Shown here: positions 1 to 8,936 of the stretch, piece after piece
Layout: each line of letters starts with the position of its first letter
Numbering within the stretch: the stretch's first letter is position 1
Source of the DNA: a virus
Taxonomy: Duplodnaviria > Caudoviricetes
IMG/VR virus record: IMGVR_UViG_3300048583_000179
Location: 1-63,447 of that record
Direction: 5' to 3' (one strand)
Length of the DNA stretch: 63,447 nucleotides
Position numbers and translations under genes: made by a program
Notes under the pieces: model-generated
What the model was told of the DNA's origin: nothing
Seen by the model: only the letters and a program-made list of their open reading frames with translations
The model's database searches: none

Positions 1-127
1 TGAAGGTGGGATCAGCGGCGTCAACGAGCATGCGGTCGTTGGCATCGTCCACGGCCACCGTCTTGGAACCGAGCGTCTGGGCCGAGTAGCCACCGACAGC
101 GAGCTCATTGGTAAGCTCGCTGTAGAA
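1..127. repeat. Terminal direct repeat, copy 1 (assembly overlap of a circular contig)
   Basis: 1-127 is identical to 63321-63447; an ORF reads through the join; 127 is a common assembler k-mer. Confidence 0.95.
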
Positions 128-247
128 GTCGTGGTCCTTGTTGGCCACGTACCCGGCCTGAAGAAGCGACATCTTGATCGTACCGGAGAGGAAGTCACCG
201 GCACCAGTCAGATCGACCTGCCCGCGTTGATAGCAGAATTGTGCCAT
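1..247 (-). CDS. 5' part of a junction-spanning small virion structural protein (continues at 63320-63151)
   Basis: ATG at 247 gives MAQFCYQRGQVDLTGAGDFLSGTIKMSLLQAGYVANKDHDFYSELTNELAVGGYSAQTLGSKTVAVDDANDR..., in frame with the 63151 ORF; resembles a widespread phage structural protein. Confidence 0.75.
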   Translation of the reverse strand, partial: MAQFCYQRGQVDLTGAGDFLSGTIKMSLLQAGYVANKDHDFYSELTNELAVGGYSAQTLGSKTVAVDDANDRMLVDAADPTF

Positions 248-250
248 GGG

Positions 251-616
251 TTACTTCTCCATCAGCTCGCCGAGGGTGGTCCCGTTTGGACGGCCCATGA
301 TTCGGCCCGGGAGGTAGAGAAACTCGTGGGTCTTTCCAGCGAACTTCTTAGTCAGCTCCTGAGACCGTGCCGCCACCCACTCCACCTTGTAGCCCGCCGC
401 GACCTTGGCAAAGCCTTCGCCCTGAAGCAGCGCAGCGTACAGCTCCCCACCGCTTGCCTTGAGGACGTCGTTACCGCTGAAGTCGATGAACTTGTGCCGT
501 GCGGTGGGATCTACTGCCGGGTCGCGCTTGGCCTGACCCTTGTTTCCTGCTTCGACGTTGTAGACGAGGTATTCATCCCCGTCGCATCGAAGGATATCAC
601 CAACCTTGATTTCCAT
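251..616 (-). CDS. Hypothetical protein, first gene of the fibre/appendage cassette
   Basis: 121-aa ORF with strongly GC3-biased codons, directly behind the 656-684 promoter. Confidence 0.7.
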   Translation of the reverse strand: MEIKVGDILRCDGDEYLVYNVEAGNKGQAKRDPAVDPTARHKFIDFSGNDVLKASGGELYAALLQGEGFAKVAAGYKVEWVAARSQELTKKFAGKTHEFLYLPGRIMGRPNGTTLGELMEK

Positions 617-655
617 GCTCGCCTCTGGCGTCGGGGGTGGCTGAAAACAAAGATC

Positions 656-684
656 AGTATATAACCGCCGCGCCCAAAACGCAA
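656..684 (-). promoter_or_regulatory. sigma70-like promoter TTGCGT-N17-TATACT
   Basis: Near-consensus hexamers with 17-bp spacer in an intergenic gap. Confidence 0.7.
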
Positions 685-688
685 GAGA

Positions 689-1138
689 CTACGACTTCAT
701 TTTATTCTTAAGTTCCACAGGCCACTTCACACTTCGTTGCGGCTCTTCGGTCCAACCGAACTGCCCGTAATGCTCAGGGTCTTTGTAGAGGAGTACGGCT
801 CTGTGGCTGGAGTGGATATAGTCATCCCCCAGCCATTTTGGCAGTTCATGTGTACAAAATGGCAGGATTCCTTCCTCAAGGCGGCTTACGAACCATTCAG
901 CTAGACTGTCCCTGTAGCCTCGCCATGCCCATTCGTAGCACATAGCGAGCGCGTACTTGGCGAGGGCAGCTTCATGGCCCTTCCACATGCGAACTGCCGG
1001 ATGATGCTTCCACCCGGTTGACTCCCAGTTCAATGTCATGAGGATTTGCTTGCACTCAACCCGTTGCTTGCCGAGTCGTAGCCTGTCCAGAACCTTGGCA
1101 CTTTCTGTGAAGTCGGGGTAAGGAAGAAACGTCTGCAT
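689..1138 (-). CDS. Pyrimidine-dimer DNA glycosylase / endonuclease V-like protein (MSMEG_6728 family)
   Basis: MQTFLPYPDF...LDRLRLGKQRVECKQIL...HHPAVRMWKGHE...HSSHRAVLLYKDPEHY family signature. Confidence 0.9.
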   Translation of the reverse strand: MQTFLPYPDFTESAKVLDRLRLGKQRVECKQILMTLNWESTGWKHHPAVRMWKGHEAALAKYALAMCYEWAWRGYRDSLAEWFVSRLEEGILPFCTHELPKWLGDDYIHSSHRAVLLYKDPEHYGQFGWTEEPQRSVKWPVELKNKMKS

Positions 1139-1273
1139 GCCTACTCCTTAAGATAATGATGCCGTAGTACCGCTGTTAGTAAGGTAGCTTCATAGAGGCA
1201 TGCTGGACAGTGTCTTGGATCCTGACTTTCAATACACATGAACAGTTTTCCGTGGAGCTGAATGCTGATAATG

Positions 1274-1813
1274 TCAATCAGGCTCAGCTCGTTTGAACCG
1301 CCATCCGGCCCTTTGGAGCTCGTGTCGTTCATCAACTGCTTTCTCCAGTGCGATGCGGCGACCCGCCGGTACAAGGCGAGGGTAGGTGAATTCTACGTGG
1401 GCAAGGCGCAGTTCAAAAAGAAACTTCAGCACCCGCTTGGCACTCTCTTTTCCTATCTCAAAGCACTCCCTGTTCATTGGGTCTATTGCGTGGCAGTTCA
1501 CACCGTGGATGCACCGTGGGTTTGAATAGGCTAGGACCTTAACTGCTTTAGCCAGTTCATATACACGGCGGCGGCTTTCACCGGCCCAATACGTATCTCC
1601 ATCATAACGCCATTGGAGAGGATCGGGAGCTTCTCCTCGGTGTTCGCCGCCATTTCCATTGCTTTCAATACCGCGAGGGGCGGGAGCGGGAACTCCAGCG
1701 AGTTGCTCAAAGATTCTCTCCAGTTCTGGATCAAGGCGCGGCTTGCCGTCCTGCTTGCGCCGGAAGCGTTCAAGTTCAGCTCGATAAACATCTTCCGGAC
1801 TTTTCTTGCTCAC
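1274..1813 (-). CDS. Hypothetical protein
   Basis: 179-aa ORF, tightly packed in a minus-strand operon. Confidence 0.6.
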   Translation of the reverse strand: MSKKSPEDVYRAELERFRRKQDGKPRLDPELERIFEQLAGVPAPAPRGIESNGNGGEHRGEAPDPLQWRYDGDTYWAGESRRRVYELAKAVKVLAYSNPRCIHGVNCHAIDPMNRECFEIGKESAKRVLKFLFELRLAHVEFTYPRLVPAGRRIALEKAVDERHELQRAGWRFKRAEPD

Positions 1814-1818
1814 GGTTC

Positions 1819-2184
1819 CTAAAGCGCGTCGGCGATTTCTTGTTGCTTGCGGGAAACGGCGCGTTGCTCTACGCTAAAGTTCGTGATGTAGAGCAAGCTG
1901 CAATAGCTGCTCATGGAGTCAGTGAACATGGCCACCCGACCATCCCCAAAGACCGCATAGGCGCAGAACTGAAGCGGCTTGCCCGCTTCAGTCGTTGCTT
2001 TGCTTTCGTACGGCAGCACGGCAAGGCTATCAATCGTCAACGCCTTGCCGCCGCCCCGCGTCAGCTCAAACTCAGGCTCTGTGATCGTATAATCGCTGCA
2101 CCCCACCACCACGAAACTGACTATCAAACTCACGAGGACGACAAGCAAGGTGGTCAGCAGGATTTTACGATCCTCATTTACCAT
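1819..2184 (-). CDS. Putative lipoprotein / membrane-anchored protein
   Basis: Hydrophobic N-terminus ending in lipobox-like VVG-C. Confidence 0.55.
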   Translation of the reverse strand: MVNEDRKILLTTLLVVLVSLIVSFVVVGCSDYTITEPEFELTRGGGKALTIDSLAVLPYESKATTEAGKPLQFCAYAVFGDGRVAMFTDSMSSYCSLLYITNFSVEQRAVSRKQQEIADAL

Positions 2185-3365
2185 CTCTTCCCCCGGATTG
2201 CGCGATAGAAGGTTTCGTCACACCGTGGATAGTTTCCAACACCGTACATTCCCCACGAATGGGCACTGTCCAGTACCGCGACGCAGATCGTGGCACCTGC
2301 TGTGTCGATCGCTTCCATGCAGCTTCGCAGGTCAATGATTTGCGCGACGCCGCTTCCATAGGCAGCCTGACGACAGAGCGTATCTGCACGAGCGCTGATG
2401 CGATTGGGCAGCCATCCCCCTACGATAATGATAGTGCCTCGCCGAGCGATTGCGGAGTCTTTGACTGCCATGAAGATACCGTCCTTCCACGGCTGCCAGT
2501 GCTTATACGAAGCCACCGTTCCAAGGCAATCACCTGTCGGGGCCGTCGGGGTAGTCGCCGCTGGAACGAATGCCCACGACAACTGGAACGTTCCACCGCC
2601 ATCGTTGTTGAACCAGTCAACATGAATGGTGTGGGTGGCGTTCGTCAGCACGATCTGCTTGGTGAACGTTGTCGGAGCCAACGGTCGGTAATACTCTTCA
2701 AGCACTACCCCATCGACTAGCACGCGGAACCCATCGTCGCTGCGAATAGTGAACGTGTAGGTTCCCGCTGCCCAGACACCTGTTCCGTCCCACTGCGAGG
2801 ACTCTTCCTTTGGACTGCTGTAGCTGATGGCTCCGATGCTCGCGGTTGTGCTGTCTGGAGTTCTCGCCCACATGGAATCGCTTGCGGTACCCTTTGTGGG
2901 ATAGATAGAATACCACTTGCGCGTCCACGAGATGGCCGTTGCTGGAACCGTGGGCGTTGACCCGCCCGCGCCAAGCCTCACAGGGACACCGCCCTTGTAG
3001 GGCACCACACAGGCCGACCGGACTTCAGTGTTGCCGTAGTGAGGCGTCCAGTACATCACCTTGCTCCGGGTAGACCCGGCTGCCCTGACCCGCTTGGCCC
3101 CCTGCGCTGACTCCGGGCTACCGTTCTTGTCCACGTTGCGCCCGGTGGCGACCCAGTTCTGGGTGATTACGAAGCTGTCTGCAGTGAAGCCAGACACCGA
3201 CCACTTTAGGGTCTGCTTCACACTATCTCCGGCCGGGGTAAAGGTATTCACCCAGGACGAAGTCATGGACTGTGCCTCAGCGGGACAGCTTGAGAACACT
3301 AGAGCGAGAAACGCTCCGAACAGCAGGGTCAGGAAGATCGTGACGTTTCTAATGTTCTTCTCCAT
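2178..3365 (-). CDS. Secreted protein with PA14-like carbohydrate-binding domain
   Basis: Signal peptide (...CPAEA-Q); GTYTFTIRSDDGFRVLVDG...HTIHVDWFNNDGGGTFQLSW is a PA14 motif. Confidence 0.8.
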   Translation of the reverse strand: MEKNIRNVTIFLTLLFGAFLALVFSSCPAEAQSMTSSWVNTFTPAGDSVKQTLKWSVSGFTADSFVITQNWVATGRNVDKNGSPESAQGAKRVRAAGSTRSKVMYWTPHYGNTEVRSACVVPYKGGVPVRLGAGGSTPTVPATAISWTRKWYSIYPTKGTASDSMWARTPDSTTASIGAISYSSPKEESSQWDGTGVWAAGTYTFTIRSDDGFRVLVDGVVLEEYYRPLAPTTFTKQIVLTNATHTIHVDWFNNDGGGTFQLSWAFVPAATTPTAPTGDCLGTVASYKHWQPWKDGIFMAVKDSAIARRGTIIIVGGWLPNRISARADTLCRQAAYGSGVAQIIDLRSCMEAIDTAGATICVAVLDSAHSWGMYGVGNYPRCDETFYRAIRGKRW

Positions 3366-3428
3366 GTCATCCTCTAAAAGGTTCGGGTGCCGTGCAAGTT
3401 AGCACAGCACCCGAAAGTTTGACTAGAC

Positions 3429-3809
3429 CTAGAACGGGGTAGGTTCGGACAGCCGCTTTTCGCCCCGTAGAATGGAGCGGGCTAGCTCGATGTTCGGCTT
3501 GCGATACCGCTGTCTGTCTATGCGCTCAACTGCACCGGGCCATTGAGCCGCGAATACGTACCATTTCGTATCTCCTCGGGCAAAATTACATCCGGCACAA
3601 GCGCACACCAGATTCTTTGACTTGTGGGTTCCGCCATGTTCCCTCGGGCGCAGATGGTCTAGGGTGATGTCCTTTGGATCAGCGTCCCGTAAGTCAGCGC
3701 TGCAATACTGACAGGTGAATCCGTCACGAATGTACAGGGCAAGACGGCGCGACCTGACGATCCACTTGCTTGTGCGGCCACTTCGCCTCTTCCATTGCTC
3801 CCTATTCAT
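3429..3809 (-). CDS. HNH endonuclease
   Basis: RDGFTCQYC...TLDHLRPREHGGTHKSKNLVCACAGCN; start re-called at ATG 3809, overlapping the upstream stop. Confidence 0.9.
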   Translation of the reverse strand: MNREQWKRRSGRTSKWIVRSRRLALYIRDGFTCQYCSADLRDADPKDITLDHLRPREHGGTHKSKNLVCACAGCNFARGDTKWYVFAAQWPGAVERIDRQRYRKPNIELARSILRGEKRLSEPTPF

Positions 3810-4290
3810 TGGCGGCGTCGCGCAGTCTTTCGGCGAATGTGGGGTTGCTTTGGAACAGTCTATTGAGGACGTCGTGATTAGCGGCGAGTATGCTTCGCCG
3901 AACAGCCCCATATCGAACAAGTACGACCGCACCGTTTCTAAGTAGAGCGTTGATGATGGGTGCGATGGCGGGGGTTTTGATGGCGTCTGGTCGGTTGACA
4001 TCAACTTCGCAGGTAATGATCTTGGGTGCGCCATCGATTTGCCCTTCCCTTTCCCAAAAGATAACCCGACTTCTGTCCGGCCGAGCGTCTTCGTTCCCTA
4101 CTCCGTAGACCCACGCACAATGAAACGTGCGGCAGCTTTCGGGTCGCTCTTCGTAGATCGTGCAACCGACGCCCACGTTGCAGTGATCACACTTTGTTCC
4201 AGCAGGCTTATTCAACTCGTTCACACCCACCACCGTGCAGCAATAGGTGCATCCTCCGCAGTCACGAACTGGCAGCGGTGTGTCGCTCAC
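3802..4290 (-). CDS. YkgJ-like cysteine-cluster (Zn/Fe-chelating) protein
   Basis: CGGCTYCC...KCDHC...CTIYEERPESCRTFHCAW motif. Confidence 0.8.
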   Translation of the reverse strand: MSDTPLPVRDCGGCTYCCTVVGVNELNKPAGTKCDHCNVGVGCTIYEERPESCRTFHCAWVYGVGNEDARPDRSRVIFWEREGQIDGAPKIITCEVDVNRPDAIKTPAIAPIINALLRNGAVVLVRYGAVRRSILAANHDVLNRLFQSNPTFAERLRDAANE

Positions 4291-5110
4291 GATTGTGCTC
4301 CTTCATGGCCTTCAAGTTAGCCTTGAACTCGGTATCCTGCTCCAAGCGCTCGGTCATCATGACCTGTGCCTCTTCGCGGGTGGGAAACTCGCGCAGGTAA
4401 ATCGGCTCCATTTCAAAGGTTCTATCCGGGCCGTAGAAGTACATCCAGTCGTTGACCATCTTGACAAAATTGTCGTCGTGGTGCGGCGGCGTCCAGCACC
4501 CGCTTCGGCAAATGAATACGTGGCGAATGCGGTGCTGTTCGTCAAGCCCCGGCCAGTCGACCATCCTGTGGATTTCTACTGCTTTGCAGTTCGGCTCCGC
4601 GTCGTCGCCGGGGTCTTTCCACTTGGGGTACAACTGAACGATCTTGGTGCCGGGGCACTCTTGTTCGTACAGGCGCAACCAGTTTCCACAGTGAAGCTGT
4701 GTACGACTGCCGAAGCAGTCGTGATGCGCGTCAATGTTGAGTAGGACGTCAGGTGGGCTGCGATAGGCTTGGCTGCGCTTGAAGAACTGGCGGGTTTTGC
4801 TGAGGAAGAAGCTGTAGGCCCATTCATGGCTGTCAGCGTATCCTAGCTGACCCGTTCTATGGTTGTCAAGGTAGAGTCCTTTGCCTTGCAGTGCAGTGAA
4901 CAAGCTTTTGAAATCCGGCGAGAAGTCGGCGTAGATGGCGGGGTCTGTTTCGGTGTAAAGATCCAGGTTGGCGTACCGAATGCCCCAGATCATCATTAGA
5001 AACAGGGCTTTGTTCTCTTCATTGTGACCCCAGTCCCACAACGGATCTTCCCGTGTGAAGAAGTCCATGTCTATGCTGAGGTCTACAGTCTTGGGCTTGG
5101 TTGTCTTCAC
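4262..5110 (-). CDS. Putative metallohydrolase, arginase/UPF0489-like
   Basis: SIDMDFF, DSH, LLNIDAHHD and FICRSGCWTPP motifs. Confidence 0.55.
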   Translation of the reverse strand: MKTTKPKTVDLSIDMDFFTREDPLWDWGHNEENKALFLMMIWGIRYANLDLYTETDPAIYADFSPDFKSLFTALQGKGLYLDNHRTGQLGYADSHEWAYSFFLSKTRQFFKRSQAYRSPPDVLLNIDAHHDCFGSRTQLHCGNWLRLYEQECPGTKIVQLYPKWKDPGDDAEPNCKAVEIHRMVDWPGLDEQHRIRHVFICRSGCWTPPHHDDNFVKMVNDWMYFYGPDRTFEMEPIYLREFPTREEAQVMMTERLEQDTEFKANLKAMKEHNRERHTAASS

Positions 5111-5238
5111 TTGGGCTTCCCAACCTTCGGGCTATCTGGGTTCTTGGCTGCGAAGCGCTGAATGCGGGCCTTGCGATGCTTGCTTCCACCGTTCTGCTGC
5201 GTAGCCTTTCGCTGCGCAGCCCTCGCCTTCTTACCCAT
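5107..5238 (-). CDS. Small basic peptide
   Basis: MGKKARAAQRKATQ...; overlaps both neighbours as in a coupled operon. Confidence 0.45.
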   Translation of the reverse strand: MGKKARAAQRKATQQNGGSKHRKARIQRFAAKNPDSPKVGKPK

Positions 5239-5629
5239 GCTTGATGCCCTCGTACTTGAAGCCGTGGTTGCATCCCTTGAGCCAAGGATGGCAGACGTGA
5301 GTGGTGCCATCGTTGATGTCCACCTTCTGCCAGTCGGTCAGCGGCACCACCGCATCTTCACCACATTGCGTGCAGGTGAACCGCTCGCCCCGGTACAGCT
5401 CCTCCACCTGCTCCACGTACGACTCAAACGCTTCCCGTGCCTTCTTGGCGGGGAAGCGTGCGTCCAGCCCCAACTCCTTCTTGACGAGCATCAGGGCGGA
5501 CACGCCCCGGCTCATCTTGATGCCCTTCGCCTCCAGCCGCATGGCCCCCCGAAGGGCGAGCAAGCGGTAGAGGTTGATGCTGACGGCCCCACGGATTGTG
5601 ACGCTTACGGGCGTTGATTCGATTGTCAT
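5231..5629 (-). CDS. Hypothetical early protein with Cys/His motifs
   Basis: ORF preceded by CTAACAGACCGGGGGGTAC leader; CTQC...CHPWLKGC. Confidence 0.7.
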   Translation of the reverse strand: MTIESTPVSVTIRGAVSINLYRLLALRGAMRLEAKGIKMSRGVSALMLVKKELGLDARFPAKKAREAFESYVEQVEELYRGERFTCTQCGEDAVVPLTDWQKVDINDGTTHVCHPWLKGCNHGFKYEGIKHG

Positions 5630-5653
5630 TGTACCCCCCGGTCTGTTAGTTGA

Positions 5654-5893
5654 CTACCAAACTTCCTGCGGAAACTCACGGCGCAGCTTTCGCATCAGGC
5701 GTGTCACGGCGGGCTGCACCTCCTCGGCGTCATCCAGGTTCATGTCGCGACCAAGGTGCTCGCGAAACCATGCGCGCATTTCACTGCGACCCACGCGCCC
5801 GGCAGCCAGTACCTCATCCACGTTGCGGGCGGGTTGGCGCTCGCGCCACCGCCGCTCCAGCTCTGCTACGTAAGCATCGTGCCATGAAGCCAT
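5654..5893 (-). CDS. Hypothetical early protein
   Basis: Preceded by CTAACAGGGGG leader and promoter. Confidence 0.7.
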   Translation of the reverse strand: MASWHDAYVAELERRWRERQPARNVDEVLAAGRVGRSEMRAWFREHLGRDMNLDDAEEVQPAVTRLMRKLRREFPQEVW

Positions 5894-5934
5894 CGATGGT
5901 CCCCCTGTTAGAGTGGCCCCGTTGCCACTACCCC

Positions 5935-5963
5935 AAGCTACCTCAACCGCACCGTCTGCGCAA
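5935..5963 (-). promoter_or_regulatory. sigma70-like early promoter TTGCGC-N17-TAGCTT
   Basis: Member of a repeated promoter family, followed by GTGGC-AACGGG-GCCAC hairpin and leader motif. Confidence 0.7.
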
Positions 5964-6029
5964 GCCTGTACGCCTCGCCAACTTACGCCGACAGCGGGGT
6001 CGGGGTGCAGGTCGGGCTAGCGGGGGGCA

Positions 6030-6296
6030 CTACGGCAGAGGGTCATCAGGGACGCTCCGCTGACCGACCTGCATCGGAATACCTGCGTCGGCCGTTAGCT
6101 TCCGTGCCCATGCGAAGCACATGCTCGCATGCGTTTGAAGACGCTGCGCCATATCTTTTCGGCGTTGACTGCGGCTTTCTACTTCAAGCTCCCAGCCGAG
6201 CTGACGAAGCGCGACAAACCGTTGGGTATACTTTCCTTCTATCTCCGCAAGGCGGTTGCCGTAGGTGCTAAGAATAAACTCCTCTATTTCAGTCAT
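6030..6296 (-). CDS. Hypothetical protein
   Basis: MTEIEEFILS...; overlaps upstream stop. Confidence 0.45.
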   Translation of the reverse strand: MTEIEEFILSTYGNRLAEIEGKYTQRFVALRQLGWELEVESRSQRRKDMAQRLQTHASMCFAWARKLTADAGIPMQVGQRSVPDDPLP

Positions 6297-6573
6297 ACCC
6301 TGTTCCACGAATTGGGGGGCAGGTGACACGAGGTAGATCCCTGGCGTTGAGCTTGGCGACGATTGCCGCTCGTTCCCCTGGAGTGGGAGGCTTCACCACT
6401 GCTGGATTTCTCGCAGCGTGCAGCCTGTTGATTTCGTGCTGCACCGTCCACCAGAAGTCGCCGTGATGTTTGACGCGAGAATGTGCGACCTTGATAGCTG
6501 CTTCAAAACCGTGTTTCTGGTAGAGGTCCCACGCAGTTCGCTGGAGGCAAACCCTGCCCGCCTGTAGCCCCAT
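6289..6573 (-). CDS. Hypothetical early protein
   Basis: Preceded by CAACAGGGGGC leader. Confidence 0.6.
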   Translation of the reverse strand: MGLQAGRVCLQRTAWDLYQKHGFEAAIKVAHSRVKHHGDFWWTVQHEINRLHAARNPAVVKPPTPGERAAIVAKLNARDLPRVTCPPIRGTGYD

Positions 6574-6692
6574 ACCGCCCCCTGTTGAGGTCGCAGTGAT
6601 GGCCCTGTGACCGTCGGTGGGTACAAGAGCGGCCCGGTAGCCCGTACAACCGGGGTGAGCTACCGAGCCGTTAACGAAGTAGGGGGGTACTC

Positions 6693-6824
6693 CTACCTCG
6701 TCAATCCTTGTACGATAGAGCTGAGCACCACGTACCCTGCAAAGGCCACGACGATGACCATGCCGGTGAGAATGAATAGAAAAGCGTACTGCCCTGTGAG
6801 CTCCTGCTGTTGCGTCTGATCCAT
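6693..6824 (-). CDS. Small single-TM membrane protein (43 aa, not in ORF track)
   Basis: MDQTQQQELTGQYAFLFILTGMVIVVAFAGYVVLSSIVQGLTR*, with AAGGGGGT RBS. Confidence 0.6.
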   Translation of the reverse strand: MDQTQQQELTGQYAFLFILTGMVIVVAFAGYVVLSSIVQGLTR

Positions 6825-6898
6825 CGTACTGACCCCCTTCTAAGTGGCCCCCCGACTACTGTAAGGTACTGCCGTGAAGGTATTCACGAAAGCTTTGA

Positions 6899-6969
6899 CT
6901 GCCCCCCTTGGATTCGAACCAAGATTAACGGATCCAAAGTCCGCTGTCCTGCCATTGGACGAGGGGGCA
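6899..6969 (-). tRNA. tRNA-Gln(UUG)
   Basis: TGCCCCCTCGTCCAATGGCAGGACAGCGGACTTTGGATCCGTTAATCTTGGTTCGAATCCAAGGGGGGCAG folds as a cloverleaf; anticodon TTG; followed by TCA rather than CCA. Confidence 0.92.
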
Positions 6970-6977
6970 CCCTGCTG

Positions 6978-7199
6978 TCAAGTCAACTCCTTGAGCTGCT
7001 CTTCCAGCTCGGTACGAAGGGCGACCAGCCGATGCAGTTCAGCCTCTGCCTGACCCACCCTCGCCGTCATGAGGTTGACTTGTGCCTCAAGTAGCCGACG
7101 CTTGAGGTCCTTCTCCTTTGCCTCCACCTTGAGGCGGGCTGCCAGTCGTCGACCGGCTCGGTTGAGCTTCACCTCGCTACCCTGCTTGAAGAATGTCAT
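6978..7199 (-). CDS. Small coiled-coil early protein
   Basis: Preceded by CTAACAGGGAGGT leader and a TAGCTT -10 box at 7244-7249. Confidence 0.7.
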   Translation of the reverse strand: MTFFKQGSEVKLNRAGRRLAARLKVEAKEKDLKRRLLEAQVNLMTARVGQAEAELHRLVALRTELEEQLKELT

Positions 7200-7435
7200 G
7201 GTACACCTCCCTGTTAGATGACTGTCCTTTGTGGTAGCCTGTAAAGCTACCTCAACTGACTGTCAGGCGACAGGGGGCTGCTTTTCGCACCAGTCACCGC
7301 GGGCTTCGTATCGATCTCGTCGGTTGTGGCCAATGCTCGCACCCGCCGCTTCGCGCCAGTGCTGCGCAGCCTTCTTCCAGTCGTTGAGCTTTTCAGCCGC
7401 AACGGCAAGATCTTCGTAGTACCCCGGAGGATGCC

Positions 7436-7777
7436 TCACGGCAGCTTGTAGCAGCGAACGTGAATGTAGCCGTAGCTGAGCATGGCGTCGATCTGGTAGA
7501 TCCCGTCGCCAAAGGCCCAGAGGTTGCCGTTCTGCAGCTCCCATTCGGCGACTGCCTTGCGCAGCCGGGGAACACCCACCTTGTTGATCCAGGTAAGCAG
7601 CTCGTCGGCATCGGCGGCATTCTTTTCGTCGTAGCCCCACCACGTCTGGCGATTGAATACGATGTCGAGCACGGGCGGAGATACCCGAGTTTCGTGAATG
7701 GCCCGGCAGCTCCATCCCTTGGTGATTTCCTTGGGAAGCTGCATGCCGTAGGCGAATTCAGGAGTGGACGTACCCAT
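7436..7777 (-). CDS. Hypothetical early protein
   Basis: 113-aa ORF in a packed operon. Confidence 0.65.
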   Translation of the reverse strand: MGTSTPEFAYGMQLPKEITKGWSCRAIHETRVSPPVLDIVFNRQTWWGYDEKNAADADELLTWINKVGVPRLRKAVAEWELQNGNLWAFGDGIYQIDAMLSYGYIHVRCYKLP

Positions 7778-7958
7778 TTTCTTCTACCCCCAAGAGGATG
7801 TTAGGCAGGTGAATGAACACGCACTTCATGAGGTGGGAGTACGACAGCTTGATGGTAGGGCCGTATCGCTGGCACTGCTCAATCAACGCGGAGTGCTGCT
7901 CGGGCGTCACTGGAATAGCTTCCCCGCTGCGGAAGTCGCGCCACACGATATCGGTCAT
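7758..7958 (-). CDS. Hypothetical early protein
   Basis: 66-aa ORF ending ...LLGVEENGYVHS. Confidence 0.6.
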   Translation of the reverse strand: MTDIVWRDFRSGEAIPVTPEQHSALIEQCQRYGPTIKLSYSHLMKCVFIHLPNILLGVEENGYVHS

Positions 7959-8109
7959 CTGGGCACCTTCACCGTTACCCGCTCCCGCGCGAGCTCGGGG
8001 TACTTGTCAAACATCTGCGCCTTGGCGTCGTCGCTGTCGCGGGCCACAAACTCCTGTGACTTAAGCAGGAGCCCGTCGCGATCGCGCACGACGATGATAT
8101 ACCGCTTGC

Positions 8110-8280
8110 TCACTTCACCTCCTTGACGAAGCACAGGTATTCGCTTGGTGATCGCAGGTAGGACCAGAAGCTCTTGCCGAACTCGTATAGCGCGACGCGG
8201 TAGGTGGGCGCGTAGATCTGCGCCCGTGCCACCACTCTGTTCATGCGCTTGTTGCGGACCGAGATCTCGTAGGTTTTCAT
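8110..8280 (-). CDS. Hypothetical early protein
   Basis: MKTYEISVRNKR...; starts immediately after the upstream stop. Confidence 0.55.
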   Translation of the reverse strand: MKTYEISVRNKRMNRVVARAQIYAPTYRVALYEFGKSFWSYLRSPSEYLCFVKEVK

Positions 8281-8281
8281 G

Positions 8282-8644
8282 TCAGTCCATCCGGCTGCGG
8301 GCGTGGGCGACGATTCCGTACTTGTTGAGGATACGGGCGAAGGCGTGCGCATACGCTTCCTTCTTTTCCATGCTCTGGTTAAACTCGCCCACCCACACGC
8401 AGAGGCCCGTGGGGTAGTCGGGTCGGGCGCGGCCCGTCTTCTTAGCCCACCTGCCGAACGGAGTGTTGCCCGCGAAGTTCACCCACGCGAACCCGCACAC
8501 ACCGTCGCTGTACGGACCGTAGAGTGTGCCGTTGCTGTCCAGCACTGTCATCGGCCGGGGCGCGTGCGCGCTTCCGGCGGCGAGGCCTTCCAGGTGCGCC
8601 TCGTTGAAAATGGTGGCAAAGCTTGCTGAGGCTACGACGGACAT
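8282..8644 (-). CDS. Conserved phage hypothetical protein (CGFAWV...QS..KEAYA..FA motif)
   Basis: Start re-called at ATG 8644 after CTAATAGGAGG; motif recalled from diverse phages. Confidence 0.75.
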   Translation of the reverse strand: MSVVASASFATIFNEAHLEGLAAGSAHAPRPMTVLDSNGTLYGPYSDGVCGFAWVNFAGNTPFGRWAKKTGRARPDYPTGLCVWVGEFNQSMEKKEAYAHAFARILNKYGIVAHARSRMD

Positions 8645-8685
8645 GGATCCTCCTATTAGATGGTGGCCCCCGTTGGCCACATGGT

Positions 8686-8714
8686 AAGCTAGCTCAATTT
8701 GAATCCCCGCGCAA
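8686..8714 (-). promoter_or_regulatory. sigma70-like early promoter TTGCGC-N17-TAGCTT
   Basis: Repeated promoter family, followed by GTGGCC-AACGG-GGGCCAC hairpin. Confidence 0.7.
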
Positions 8715-8936
8715 GCGCAGGTTATTCGGTTTGACGTGGGCCAAGTTCTCCGCCCCCTCCATCTTCACTGCGATGCGACTCGTCGTGTAGCCCATCACCA
8801 CTCCGGGTCGGTCGGGCCGCTTTCTTCCAGCCTTGCTCTGGCTGAAAATGACTTTAGCCCCGATGCGGAAGTGTCGCTTATCCAGCTCCGTGAGCCGCTG
8901 AATCTTATGCGTGGGCACCTGTCCTCCTGTATTCAA
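8694..8936 (-). CDS. Small SH3/KOW-like hypothetical protein
   Basis: FRIGAKVIF...GVVMGYT..RIAVKMEG...HVKPNNL beta-barrel pattern. Confidence 0.55.
   Translation of the reverse strand: MNTGGQVPTHKIQRLTELDKRHFRIGAKVIFSQSKAGRKRPDRPGVVMGYTTSRIAVKMEGAENLAHVKPNNLRLRGDSN

Noticed and set aside
1-127. 127-bp terminal repeat as the biological genome end
   Set aside because: It lies mid-gene and equals a typical assembler k-mer; it shows circularity only
6899-6969. tRNA as attP for integration
   Set aside because: No integrase or repressor recognised, and the tRNA is full length
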